A stretch of 56,347 bases of DNA from an uncultured Lentimicrobiaceae bacterium (GTDB lineage Bacteria > Bacteroidota > Bacteroidia > Bacteroidales > F082): contig CAZPPK010000001.1 in the NCBI GenBank assembly GCA_964588415.1, positions 1 to 56,347 of the forward strand, in the 5' to 3' direction. The translations under genes and the position numbers were made by a program. Below the pieces are notes generated by a model that saw only the letters and a list, made by a program, of their open reading frames with translations, ran no database searches and was not told the origin of the DNA. Below, in pieces: positions 28,454 to 37,438 of the stretch; within the stretch, counting starts at the first letter, position 1; every line of letters starts with the position of its first letter.

Positions 28454-29374
28454 ATGAAATTTAAAAATGTATTTTGGGGGTTAATTCTTATCCTTACCGG
28501 CGGTTTGATCATAGGCCGGAACCTGGATCTTTTATATTTCGACTGGTACAGCTTTTGGAAGTTATGGCCCGTAATTTTAATTCTCTGGGGTATTTCAGTA
28601 TTGCCTCTACGAGACTCAATAAAAATCGGGCTTCTGGTCATTATTCTTGGTGGATCAGCATGGTTTGTGACTCACGCACCGGAAAACAGGGGACGTTCAG
28701 ATTTTGAATATCTTTTCGATTATTCGAATCATGATTCTAACTGGTCTTTCAAAGGAGCACAAACATTCAACATTCCCTTTAACGATAGTATTGAAAGCGC
28801 TTCACTAACATTCGATGCTGCAGCCGGTAGTTTTCATCTGACTGACACGACAAATGATCTTCTGGATCTGGGGCAGACCGGAAACCGGAACTATTATAAA
28901 TATTTTGTAGAACAAAGGGGCAATCATTCCAAGATAAAGATCACCGAAAAAAACAATCATGTATATGTCTTTAACACCAGACATAGAGATGTTGTACTAA
29001 AGCTTAATTCTAAACCTGTTTGGGATATTAATTTGGATGCCGGAGCCAGCCAACTTGATTTCGACCTGAGTCCTTTCAGAGTAAAAACTTTAGACATGAA
29101 TGGTGGCGCAGGGTCCTTTAAAATCACCCTGGGGAATTTATACCCCAACACGCGATTTACACTTGACGCCGGGGCATCTTCTATTACTATTCGTATTCCT
29201 GAATCATCAGGATGTGATTTACAACTCAGCTCCGTACTTTCGGACCGGAATCTGGAAGGATTTCACAAAGTCGGAGACCAACATTCTCAAACAGACAACT
29301 TTGATTCGGCTAAAAATAAAATCTACCTGAATATTGATGCTGCTGTTTCCAGTCTCACTATTATCAGGTACTGA
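28454..29374 (+). CDS. LiaF/DUF5668-like membrane protein with a C-terminal beta-repeat domain (envelope stress response)
   Basis: FWGLILIL...WKLWPVILILWG TM region; repeated GAS/GAGS beta motifs; 5 bp downstream of pspC. Confidence 0.72.
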   Translation: MKFKNVFWGLILILTGGLIIGRNLDLLYFDWYSFWKLWPVILILWGISVLPLRDSIKIGLLVIILGGSAWFVTHAPENRGRSDFEYLFDYSNHDSNWSFKGAQTFNIPFNDSIESASLTFDAAAGSFHLTDTTNDLLDLGQTGNRNYYKYFVEQRGNHSKIKITEKNNHVYVFNTRHRDVVLKLNSKPVWDINLDAGASQLDFDLSPFRVKTLDMNGGAGSFKITLGNLYPNTRFTLDAGASSITIRIPESSGCDLQLSSVLSDRNLEGFHKVGDQHSQTDNFDSAKNKIYLNIDAAVSSLTIIRY

Positions 29375-29400
29375 CAATCCTAAGCACGCCATATATTTCC

Positions 29401-29437
29401 ACGGACGATTTTCTTAAACGGAATCGCCCGTTTTTTT
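29401..29437 (+). terminator. Intrinsic terminator of the pspC operon
   Basis: ACGGACGATT...AATCGCCCGT followed by a T tract. Confidence 0.65.
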
Positions 29438-29441
29438 GTTT

Positions 29442-29573
29442 AAACCCACTCCGAAAAGTTAAAAAACATGTCATTGCGAGGCACGAAGCAATCTCATTAC
29501 CATTGATATTCTTTCTGTTGAGATTGCTTCACTTCGTTAGCGATGACGAAAAACTACTTTTCGGAGTGGGATC
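29442..29573. mobile_element. 132-bp MITE with terminal inverted repeats and an internal REP-like palindrome
   Basis: TIR core CCCACTCCGAAAAGT (29445-29459) / ACTTTTCGGAGTGGG (29556-29570); flanking direct repeat TTGTTT at 29436-29441 and 29574-29579; internal GAAGCAATCTC/GAGATTGCTTC. Confidence 0.75.
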
Positions 29574-29670
29574 TTGTTTGAAGATATTAAGAATTCGCAT
29601 CCAGGTATTCCGGTCATGGTAACTCAAATCACACACCGGAATAATTGTATTTTTGTATCAAAACAAAATC

Positions 29671-30789
29671 ATGCGCATAGGGTTTGATGCCAAGCGGGCT
29701 TTTTTAAACACAAGCGGACTGGGGAATTACAGCCGGAATATGATCAGTTATCTTATGAAACAATATCCCGGAAACGAATACTTTATGTTTACTCCCGAAT
29801 TCACCAAACGTTTTGACTTTGTTAATGATGATTCTGCACAAACTATTTTACCACATAACATCTTTCAAAAGGCTTTTCCCGCATATTGGAGAACCAATGG
29901 ACTAAACCGTGAATTACAGAAATACGATCTGGATATTTATCACGGCCTAAGCAATGAAATTCCATACAACATCAATAAATCTTCGGTTAAATCCTTGGTT
30001 ACTATCCATGATCTGATTTTTTTGAGATATCCTAAGCTTTATAAACGGGTCGACAGGAATATCTATAAAACTAAATTTCGGTACGCATGCCGGAATGCCG
30101 ATAAAATTATCGCCATCAGCGAGCAAACCAAACAGGATATTGTAACTTTCCTTGAAACTGATGAAAGCAGGATAACTGTGGTTTATCAGGGTTGTAATCC
30201 GATTTTTTATCAAAAATCCACACCGGTAGAGAAAGAAAAAATCAGGAAGAGATTCAATCTGCCAAACCAGTTTATTCTTTCTGTAGGAACCATCGAAGAG
30301 CGAAAAAATACCTTGCAGATCATCAAAGCGCTTCATAAACATCACATTGACATCCCGTTGGTTTTAGCCGGGAGATTCACACCCTACGCTGAAAAAATCA
30401 AAACGTACATCAGGGAAAGCCAGATGGAAAACCAGGTCATGCTTTTGCATGAAGTGGAGACGGCGGAACTTCCCGCTTTGTATCAAATGAGTGAAATATT
30501 TGTATATCCTTCCTTTTTTGAAGGTTTTGGAATTCCCATTATTGAAGCGTTAAATTCAGGAACACCTGTAATTACAACCAACAGAGGCTGTTTTAGTGAA
30601 GCGGGCGGGCCTGGCAGTCTTTATGTGGACCCGGAAAATACAGACGGTCTGGCAGACGCCATTAACCGTATTCTTTCTAATAAAAATCTTAAAGATAATA
30701 TGATAAAAAAAGGTCATGAATACGCCTTGAACTTTCGGGATGAAAAAATTGCTGCTGATTTGATGAAAGTGTACAAACAGGTTTTGTAA
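29671..30789 (+). CDS. GT4 glycosyltransferase
   Basis: MRIGFDAKRAF, TIHDLIF, VGTIEERKN, YPSFFEGFGIPIIEA; TATTTTTG box at 29648-29655. Confidence 0.9.
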   Translation: MRIGFDAKRAFLNTSGLGNYSRNMISYLMKQYPGNEYFMFTPEFTKRFDFVNDDSAQTILPHNIFQKAFPAYWRTNGLNRELQKYDLDIYHGLSNEIPYNINKSSVKSLVTIHDLIFLRYPKLYKRVDRNIYKTKFRYACRNADKIIAISEQTKQDIVTFLETDESRITVVYQGCNPIFYQKSTPVEKEKIRKRFNLPNQFILSVGTIEERKNTLQIIKALHKHHIDIPLVLAGRFTPYAEKIKTYIRESQMENQVMLLHEVETAELPALYQMSEIFVYPSFFEGFGIPIIEALNSGTPVITTNRGCFSEAGGPGSLYVDPENTDGLADAINRILSNKNLKDNMIKKGHEYALNFRDEKIAADLMKVYKQVL

Positions 30790-30907
30790 TTATCAAATTG
30801 AGAGGAATATCAGTTAACGTGTAAATAATATATCCGAAGCGTGGCTTTAGGCTTTTGAAAATGCATGTTTCACTTGCTGGGAAAATAAATAATAAAAAGT
30901 TTAAAAC

Positions 30908-30939
30908 TTTGGTTAGTTGGAAAATAGTTTCTATTTTTG
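30908..30939 (+). promoter_or_regulatory. Bacteroidota housekeeping promoter of the rplM operon
   Basis: TTTG (30908-30911), 20-bp spacer, TATTTTTG (30932-30939). Confidence 0.75.
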
Positions 30940-30991
30940 CACCCCGATTTTCAGGTTAAAAAGCAAAAAGACTTAAGAAACAAATAGATAG

Positions 30992-31447
30992 ATGAATACT
31001 TTAAGTTACAAGACAATTAGTGCAAATCAACAGACTGCCAATAAAGAGTGGATTTTGATTGATGCGGAGAATCAGGTGTTGGGAAGACTGGCTTCCATTA
31101 CAGCCAAATTCCTCAGGGGAAAATACAAAACCAATTTCACCCCACACGCTGATACTGGAGATTATGTTGTTATTATCAATGCTGACAAAATCAAGCTTAC
31201 CGGTGATAAATGGAATCAAAAAGAATACATTCGTCATACGGGATATCCTGGTGGTCAACGTAGCACTTCTGCTAAAGAACTAATGGTAAAGAAACCTGCT
31301 GCCATGGTTGAAAAAGCAATTAAAGGAATGTTGCCAAAAAACAAGCTTGGCAGTCAGTTGTTCCGCAACCTGCACGTATATGCCGGACCAGAGCACAATC
31401 ATGAAGCTCAGAAACCAAAACAAATTAATTTAAATTCAATTAAGTAA
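30992..31447 (+). CDS. rplM: 50S ribosomal protein L13
   Basis: LGRLAS, FTPHADTGDYVVIINA, HTGYPGG, KGMLPKN. Confidence 0.98.
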   Translation: MNTLSYKTISANQQTANKEWILIDAENQVLGRLASITAKFLRGKYKTNFTPHADTGDYVVIINADKIKLTGDKWNQKEYIRHTGYPGGQRSTSAKELMVKKPAAMVEKAIKGMLPKNKLGSQLFRNLHVYAGPEHNHEAQKPKQINLNSIK

Positions 31448-31450
31448 GAG

Positions 31451-31837
31451 ATGGAAGTATTAAATTCACTCGGTAGAAGAAAAACTGCTATTGCCAGAAT
31501 TTACGTAAAAGATGGTGATGGTAAAATTACTATCAACGGTAAAGACTTTAAAGAGTACTTCCCAACCGCTAACCTTCACTATGTTGTTGAACAACCCCTG
31601 ATGCTCACTGAAAATCTGGGAATTTATGACATTAAGGTCAACTTAAAAGGGGGTGGTATTAATGGGCAGGCTGAAGCTTTGAGGCTTGCCATTTCCAGAG
31701 CATTGGTAAAAATAAACGAAGAATATCGTCCTGTTCTTAAAGAAAATGGCCTCATGAAGAGAGACCCGCGTATGGTAGAACGTAAGAAACCGGGACAACC
31801 TAAAGCCCGTAAGAAATTCCAGTTCTCCAAACGTTAG
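31451..31837 (+). CDS. rpsI: 30S ribosomal protein S9
   Basis: GRRKTAIAR, GGGINGQA, ERKKPG...QFSKR. Confidence 0.98.
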   Translation: MEVLNSLGRRKTAIARIYVKDGDGKITINGKDFKEYFPTANLHYVVEQPLMLTENLGIYDIKVNLKGGGINGQAEALRLAISRALVKINEEYRPVLKENGLMKRDPRMVERKKPGQPKARKKFQFSKR

Positions 31838-31850
31838 AATTTTTCCAGCT

Positions 31851-31928
31851 ATTGGATCGAGTTTAGTATCCAAATTGTCGAAACTCATTAATTTGACTAT
31901 TCGATAATTGATTTAAGTGAATGTAAAC
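31851..31928 (+). promoter_or_regulatory. Candidate structured cis-regulatory RNA upstream of rpsB
   Basis: Stems AATTGTCGAA/TTCGATAATT, TTGGAT/ATCCAA and GTTTA/TAAAC within the 108-bp spacer. Confidence 0.35.
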
Positions 31929-31945
31929 AAATTAAATATCAAAAA

Positions 31946-32839
31946 ATGATAAAAGTAAGCTTTGACGAAATGCTTGAGGCAGGCGTTCATTTTGGCCACC
32001 TCAGACGTAAATGGAATCCCAACATGGCTCCTTATATTTTTATGGAGCGTAACGGTATCCACATTATAGATCTTTACAAAACACAGGCAAAAATGGAAGA
32101 AGCGGCCAACGCAATGAAACAAATTGCAAAATCTGGCCGGAAGATTCTTTTTGTTGCCACAAAGAAACAGGCTAAAGACATTGTTTCAGAGACAGTCCAA
32201 AAAATCAACATGCCTTATGTAACTGAACGTTGGCCTGGTGGAATGCTTACCAACTTTGCTACCATCCGCAAAGCGGTAAGAAAAATGAACAGTATTGATA
32301 AACTGATGACTACCAGCTCCTGGAAAAACCTTTCAAAACGTGAACGTTTGCAGGTTACACGTGAAAGAGCAAAACTGGAAAAGAACCTGGGTAGTATTTC
32401 AGATATGAGTCGTATCCCCGCAGCATTATTCCTTATTGACATCAACAAGGAAAAAATTGCTGTTGCAGAAGCCCGGAAATTGAACATCCCAACTTTTGCT
32501 ATGACCGATACCAATACCGACCCCACTTTGATCGACTTTCCGATCCCGGCCAACGATGATGCATCAAAATCAATTGACTTGATTTTGAATGTCGTAGTCT
32601 CTGCTGTTGCCGATGGACTTGCCGAACGTCAAGCGGAACGGGAAAAAAGCGCTGCTGAAAAGAAAGAAAAAGATGAGAGAGAAAATGCATTGAAAGAAGC
32701 ACGTTTGAAAGCAGATATTAAAACTAAATCTGAAAACCCGAAATTGGCTGAAGAACAAGCTGATATTGAAGCTAAAAAGAAAAAAGCTAAGGTTGTGAAA
32801 AAAGAGTCTCCGAAAAAAAGAGATGAAAATGATGATTAA
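31946..32839 (+). CDS. rpsB: 30S ribosomal protein S2
   Basis: AGVHFGH, WNPNM, RWPGGMLTNF, IPANDD; charged C-terminal tail. Confidence 0.98.
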   Translation: MIKVSFDEMLEAGVHFGHLRRKWNPNMAPYIFMERNGIHIIDLYKTQAKMEEAANAMKQIAKSGRKILFVATKKQAKDIVSETVQKINMPYVTERWPGGMLTNFATIRKAVRKMNSIDKLMTTSSWKNLSKRERLQVTRERAKLEKNLGSISDMSRIPAALFLIDINKEKIAVAEARKLNIPTFAMTDTNTDPTLIDFPIPANDDASKSIDLILNVVVSAVADGLAERQAEREKSAAEKKEKDERENALKEARLKADIKTKSENPKLAEEQADIEAKKKKAKVVKKESPKKRDENDD

Positions 32840-32856
32840 TAGAAAAAATTACTGAA

Positions 32857-33684
32857 ATGAAAATAACTGCACAACAAGTAAATGAACTGAGAAAAGCTAC
32901 CGGTGCCGGAATGATGGACTGTAAACAAGCACTGACAGAATCTGATGGCAATATGGGAAAAGCCATTGACTATTTGCGAAAAAAAGGCCAGAAAATTGCT
33001 GCCAAGCGCGCTGATCGCGATGCCAGTGAGGGCGTTGTTCTTGCTAAAGTAAGCCAGGACAAAACTTTTGCCGCAGTAGTTATGATAAATTGCGAAACCG
33101 ACTTCGTAGCTAAAAATCAGGATTTTATCAGTTATGTAGAATCTATTATTGACCTTGCAGTTACTAACAAACTTTCATCCACAGAAGCCCTGAAAGCTGC
33201 TCATCTGAACGATCGCACTGTTGATGAAACCTTTGTAGACAAAACGGGAATCATCGGTGAAAAAATTCAACTCGGTAAATACGAAGTAGTTTCTGCAGAA
33301 AGTGTTTATTCTTACGTTCATCCAGGAAACCGGATTGCAAGTATTGCAGGGTTGAACAAAGCTGGTGTAAATTTCGAAACAGCCGGACATGATGTAGTTA
33401 TGCAGATTGCAGCCATGGCTCCTGTTGCTGTTGGCAAAGACAATGTTTCTCAGGAAATAATTGACCGTGAAATCGAAATTGGCAAAGAACAAGCCCGCCA
33501 GGATGGTAAACCTGAAGATATGCTGGAAAAAATTGCATTGGGCAAACTCAACAAATTCTTCAAGGAAAGCACTCTGCTGAACCAGGCTTTCATCAAAGAT
33601 TCTAAAAAATCTGTTGATCAGTATCTGAAAGAATCCGATAAAGATCTTACGGTTACTGATTTTAAACGTCTCGCTCTGGCATAA
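32857..33684 (+). CDS. tsf: Elongation factor Ts
   Basis: LRKATGAGMMDCK, NCETDFVAKN, MQIAAM. Confidence 0.98.
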   Translation: MKITAQQVNELRKATGAGMMDCKQALTESDGNMGKAIDYLRKKGQKIAAKRADRDASEGVVLAKVSQDKTFAAVVMINCETDFVAKNQDFISYVESIIDLAVTNKLSSTEALKAAHLNDRTVDETFVDKTGIIGEKIQLGKYEVVSAESVYSYVHPGNRIASIAGLNKAGVNFETAGHDVVMQIAAMAPVAVGKDNVSQEIIDREIEIGKEQARQDGKPEDMLEKIALGKLNKFFKESTLLNQAFIKDSKKSVDQYLKESDKDLTVTDFKRLALA

Positions 33685-33710
33685 GAAACAGTGCACCAAC
33701 TATATACAAG

Positions 33711-33743
33711 AGAGGTTGTCTTAAAAAAGGGTAGCCTCTTTTT
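33711..33743 (+). terminator. Intrinsic terminator after tsf
   Basis: AGAGGTTGTC...GGTAGCCTCT followed by TTTT. Confidence 0.7.
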
Positions 33744-33768
33744 GTTTAATGGGTATAATGGGAAACGG

Positions 33769-33804
33769 TTGTCAGACGATTGTTTGACCATTGTCTGACT
33801 ATTG
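33769..33804. repeat. Three degenerate 11-bp tandem repeats
   Basis: TTGTCAGACGA TTGTTTGACCA TTGTCTGACTA TTG. Confidence 0.55.
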
Positions 33805-33868
33805 GGAGTTTTCCAAAGTTCGTGAAAACTAAAGAAAAACTCACGGTAAATAGTTACAAAGAATTCTA

Positions 33869-33964
33869 ATGAACTACCCCCGCCGCAGAGCAGCGGGGTA
33901 TCAAAAGGAGATTATTAATCGCCCCAAGGGGCGGGGAATTAATCCCTTGTCCGCCTCAGGCGGA
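33869..33964 (-). mobile_element. 96-bp non-autonomous IS200/IS605-like palindromic element
   Basis: Identical to 24902-24997; TTAAA at 33965-33969; lies between the convergent tsf and yqeY genes. Confidence 0.8.
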
Positions 33965-33999
33965 TTAAAAATAGGGTTCTCAAACATAGGAAAACTAGG

Positions 34000-34455
34000 T
34001 CACTGTGCCATAAGGGACCGTACAATCTGCGAAATTGTCTTATTATCAGCTTTCCCGGCCAATTGCTTGGATGCTTCACCCATAATGCGACCCATGTCTT
34101 TCATGGTACTGGCGCCCAGATCGATAACAATTTTCTCAACAACAGCCTTGACTTCATCTTCAGACATTTGCTGCGGAAGATATTTCTCAATAATAGAAGC
34201 CTGATATTCCTCTTCATCAGCAAGTTCCTGCCTCCCCTGTTCCTGATAAATCTTCGCTGAATCCCTTCTCTGTTTCACCAGTTTCTGAAGCAGCTTTAAT
34301 TCAACAGCTTCCGGAATTTCGCTACTTGTAACATCAGCACCGGTTTTTTCCAATAGCAAAGCAGCTTTTATGGCACGAATGGCTTCCAGTTTACGACGAT
34401 CTTTTACCAACATTGCATCTTTTAAATCATTGTTTATGACTTTTTCAAGTTCCAT
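34000..34455 (-). CDS. GatB/YqeY domain protein
   Basis: KLVKQRRDSA, EKYLPQQMSEDE, MKDMGRIMG, GKAD. Confidence 0.92.
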   Translation of the reverse strand: MELEKVINNDLKDAMLVKDRRKLEAIRAIKAALLLEKTGADVTSSEIPEAVELKLLQKLVKQRRDSAKIYQEQGRQELADEEEYQASIIEKYLPQQMSEDEVKAVVEKIVIDLGASTMKDMGRIMGEASKQLAGKADNKTISQIVRSLMAQ

Positions 34456-34520
34456 TTTTATAGTATTTTAATCAATATTCCGCTTACAATTATTTTGAGA
34501 TAATGAACCTAAATGCATTA

Positions 34521-35795
34521 TCAATGATTTTTGGGAGGTTTGTAACTTCCTCCCGGTTCCAATGTAGTAACATAAGGGCCATTCCAATCTCTGTCAAAAA
34601 TCTTTATAAGTGTCACCACCGGACCCTTCCCACTAATAAATACTGAAGCATCCACCGTGTTATTAAAGTAACTCCAGCCCCAGTTTCCGGTCCCGATATA
34701 GGCCCGGTTATCATCTACAACTGCATACTTGCAGTGCTCGACACGGGCATAAGGAATAAAGCCTTCCGGTGCTGGCGGCAGTGCGCTGAATTTAACGGTG
34801 ATATTTGGCATTACGGCCAGACTTTTCAAATACTGCTGCATAGGCTGGCGCAACGCCCAGTTAGCGACAATAATATCGACTTTTACGCCACGGGCGGCTA
34901 CATCCCGCAAAGCATTGTCAACAGCCGTCCAATAGCCTTTCGGACCATAATATATCAATGCTGTCAGAGTCAGTACCTGAATGCGCACCGTATACCTTGC
35001 AGATTCGATCAGGCGAACCAGTTCGGGTTGTTCTGTACTGACCCAACGCGGAACCAAGGAAGGCGGACTAAAAGCAGGAAATGCAATCGTCACATCATTT
35101 TTTCCATCATGAAGAATAACAGGATCTCCCTTTGTCACAGGTTCAAAATCAGGTGGCTTTACAGCTTCTCTTTCAGCTTTCGGCAGATTGCGATTTTTAG
35201 CGAGCTTCCAGTCAAAATTAAACACACCTTCAAATGTCTTTGCAAAGCGCTTGTTATCTATTCGTGCACCTATTTCATGGATTTGACTCAGTGCACGCCA
35301 ATCCCAATTTTGGCTTCCTACAAACACGATACTATCGTCAACAATAAAATATTTTGCATGAAGCACACCACCAGTCAGGCTATCGACCGGAAGAACCCGA
35401 ATTTCAATATTAGGAACTCCTTTCAATGGAGCCAAACTGCTTTGGCTTCCACGGTAAAAAACCCGGCCAATCATGATTCGCACTTTTACTCCCGAATGCG
35501 CCCGATCTACAATTGCTTCCATTACGGGGGCAAGTGCTTCTCCCGGTTTATTTGAAAAATAAAAAGCGGCAATATCAATACTTTGTTTCGCACCACGAAT
35601 CATATCGAGCCAAGCCTGCTGCGTCCTCTGAACACCCGATTGACCATATATAGTATTCTCAGGTACACTCTCGATAATTCTGAAAGTAGTATCAGCTGGC
35701 ACAGCAAATACTGTTCCCAAGCCCAAAGTAAGCGAAAGAACAGCGCACGCTAAAAGAGATTTTAAACCATTACTCTTTTGTAAATTCTTATTCAT
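34521..35795 (-). CDS. Secreted phospholipase D superfamily protein, PLD3/PLD4/vaccinia K4-like
   Basis: Signal peptide; IIESVP start motif; two HxKxxxxD motifs (HAKYFIVD, HCKYAVVD) followed by GSQNWD and GTGNW. Confidence 0.85.
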   Translation of the reverse strand: MNKNLQKSNGLKSLLACAVLSLTLGLGTVFAVPADTTFRIIESVPENTIYGQSGVQRTQQAWLDMIRGAKQSIDIAAFYFSNKPGEALAPVMEAIVDRAHSGVKVRIMIGRVFYRGSQSSLAPLKGVPNIEIRVLPVDSLTGGVLHAKYFIVDDSIVFVGSQNWDWRALSQIHEIGARIDNKRFAKTFEGVFNFDWKLAKNRNLPKAEREAVKPPDFEPVTKGDPVILHDGKNDVTIAFPAFSPPSLVPRWVSTEQPELVRLIESARYTVRIQVLTLTALIYYGPKGYWTAVDNALRDVAARGVKVDIIVANWALRQPMQQYLKSLAVMPNITVKFSALPPAPEGFIPYARVEHCKYAVVDDNRAYIGTGNWGWSYFNNTVDASVFISGKGPVVTLIKIFDRDWNGPYVTTLEPGGSYKPPKNH

Positions 35796-35824
35796 GATTT
35801 TTTCAATTCATTAATTCCTTTACA

Positions 35825-37438
35825 CTAATCAACATTATCATGTAAGAATGAGTTGTCAGATTTAATAATTGGATTTTTCCTGCTGTCTTCTGATAACGTG
35901 TAATGCGATACCTGGGAATCACTCGAATAATTGGGATCTGAAAGCTGAACATTCTTTCTAAGATAAGCCGGAATTTCTTCCTCTTTTAACGCATCGGAAG
36001 GTTTCAAAGCACTCATTTCAGTCAATCTCTGAATCCGGACTTTAGCTTGTGTATCAAGTTCCGAATTATCTCTTACAGGCGCAGGCTTGCTCTCCACCTT
36101 TGGGGCACGTTTTGGAGCAGCAGGTTTTGTGTGCTTCACCATAAGTTCATCTTTATCCGAGGGAAGGAAAAAGTCACTTTCACCAGCAGTTGAGTGATGT
36201 TCATTTTTATCATCATCCAAATCCTGATCCAGAGAATATATCTTCTTATTTCCTGAACTTTTATCTGAATCAAGTTCTGAAGCGGAACCTTTTTCAGTCT
36301 CTTCCCGGGCTTTCTTTATCACGCGCATTTCATCATCAAAATCAGACTGAGACTTACTTTGTGGCTCATAATTGTCATCAAGATTGAAAACGCTTTTTTT
36401 CATTTCTGAATTGCCACTAAAAATTATTTTAGGGCTTGTCTGTTCCGATTTTGTTTCAGTGTCCTGATTTAAAGCATTCTGCTCCTCAAAACCGGTAGCA
36501 ATAATGGTTACTCCCAGTTTGTTTCCCATATTTTCGTCAATTCCCCGGCCCCAAATTACATTAGCAGAATCTTCGCCGCATTTATCAGATATATAATCGG
36601 TTATAACGGTAATTTCATCCATCGTAATGTCGCCATCACCAGCTGTCATATACAGGAGAATATTTTTGGCTCCGTAAATATTGTTATCACTCAGCAACGG
36701 TGAATTCATAGCGCCTTCAATAGCCTTGAGAGCCCGATCTTCACCTTCCATAACGGCAGAGCCCATAATGGCTTTGCCACTGTCTTTCATCACAGTTTTC
36801 ACATCGTTGAAATCGACGTTAACATAACCATGAACTGTGATCAATTCAGCGATTCCTTTGGCTGCGGTTGCTAATACATTATCAGCATGGGCAAAGGCAT
36901 TTCCCAGGCCCAGATCACCATATAAGCCACGGAGTTTGTCGTTGCTGATTACAAGAAGTGTATCTACATATTTCCTGATTTCTTCAACCCCTTGTTTGGC
37001 TTTCAGCATTTTACGCCGGCCTTCAAAATGAAACGGAAGAGTTATTATTCCAACAGTCAAAAGGCCCATTTCCCTGGCGAATTTGGCAATTACAGGAGCC
37101 GCACCCGTTCCGGTACCTCCACCCATTCCTGCTGTTATAAAGACCATTTCAGTATCTTCATCCAGTACGGCTTTTATTTTGTCTAATGAATCCAGGGCAG
37201 CTTGCTCCGCAACTTCGGGGATTGCTCCGGCACCAAGACCAGATTCGCCTAGTTGAACTTTTACAGGAACCGGGCTGTTCGACAATGCCTGCATATCTGT
37301 ATTGCAAACTACAAAGTCGACTCCTTCAATTCCTTGTTTGAACATATAATTTACTGCATTGCTGCCGCCACCGCCTACTCCGATGACTTTGATGATCGAA
37401 GTTTTTTGCTTGGGAGTAAATTTTATCATGTTTTCCAT
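35825..37438 (-). CDS. ftsZ: Cell division protein FtsZ
   Basis: VIGVGGGGSNA, GMGGGTGTG, NVDFNDV; long acidic linker; IPAYLRK and FLHDNVD tail. Confidence 0.98.
   Translation of the reverse strand: MENMIKFTPKQKTSIIKVIGVGGGGSNAVNYMFKQGIEGVDFVVCNTDMQALSNSPVPVKVQLGESGLGAGAIPEVAEQAALDSLDKIKAVLDEDTEMVFITAGMGGGTGTGAAPVIAKFAREMGLLTVGIITLPFHFEGRRKMLKAKQGVEEIRKYVDTLLVISNDKLRGLYGDLGLGNAFAHADNVLATAAKGIAELITVHGYVNVDFNDVKTVMKDSGKAIMGSAVMEGEDRALKAIEGAMNSPLLSDNNIYGAKNILLYMTAGDGDITMDEITVITDYISDKCGEDSANVIWGRGIDENMGNKLGVTIIATGFEEQNALNQDTETKSEQTSPKIIFSGNSEMKKSVFNLDDNYEPQSKSQSDFDDEMRVIKKAREETEKGSASELDSDKSSGNKKIYSLDQDLDDDKNEHHSTAGESDFFLPSDKDELMVKHTKPAAPKRAPKVESKPAPVRDNSELDTQAKVRIQRLTEMSALKPSDALKEEEIPAYLRKNVQLSDPNYSSDSQVSHYTLSEDSRKNPIIKSDNSFLHDNVD

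Noticed and set aside
32620-32839. Charged C-terminal extension of S2 (also the long FtsZ linker)
   Set aside because: These are common low-complexity tails in this phylum.
1-33969. Repeated palindromic sequence as a CRISPR array
   Set aside because: The copies are 9-25 kb apart, with no repeat-spacer periodicity and no cas genes.
33869-34204. 111-aa ORF MNYPRRRAAG...
   Set aside because: It begins inside the 96-bp repeat and runs antisense into yqeY; spurious.
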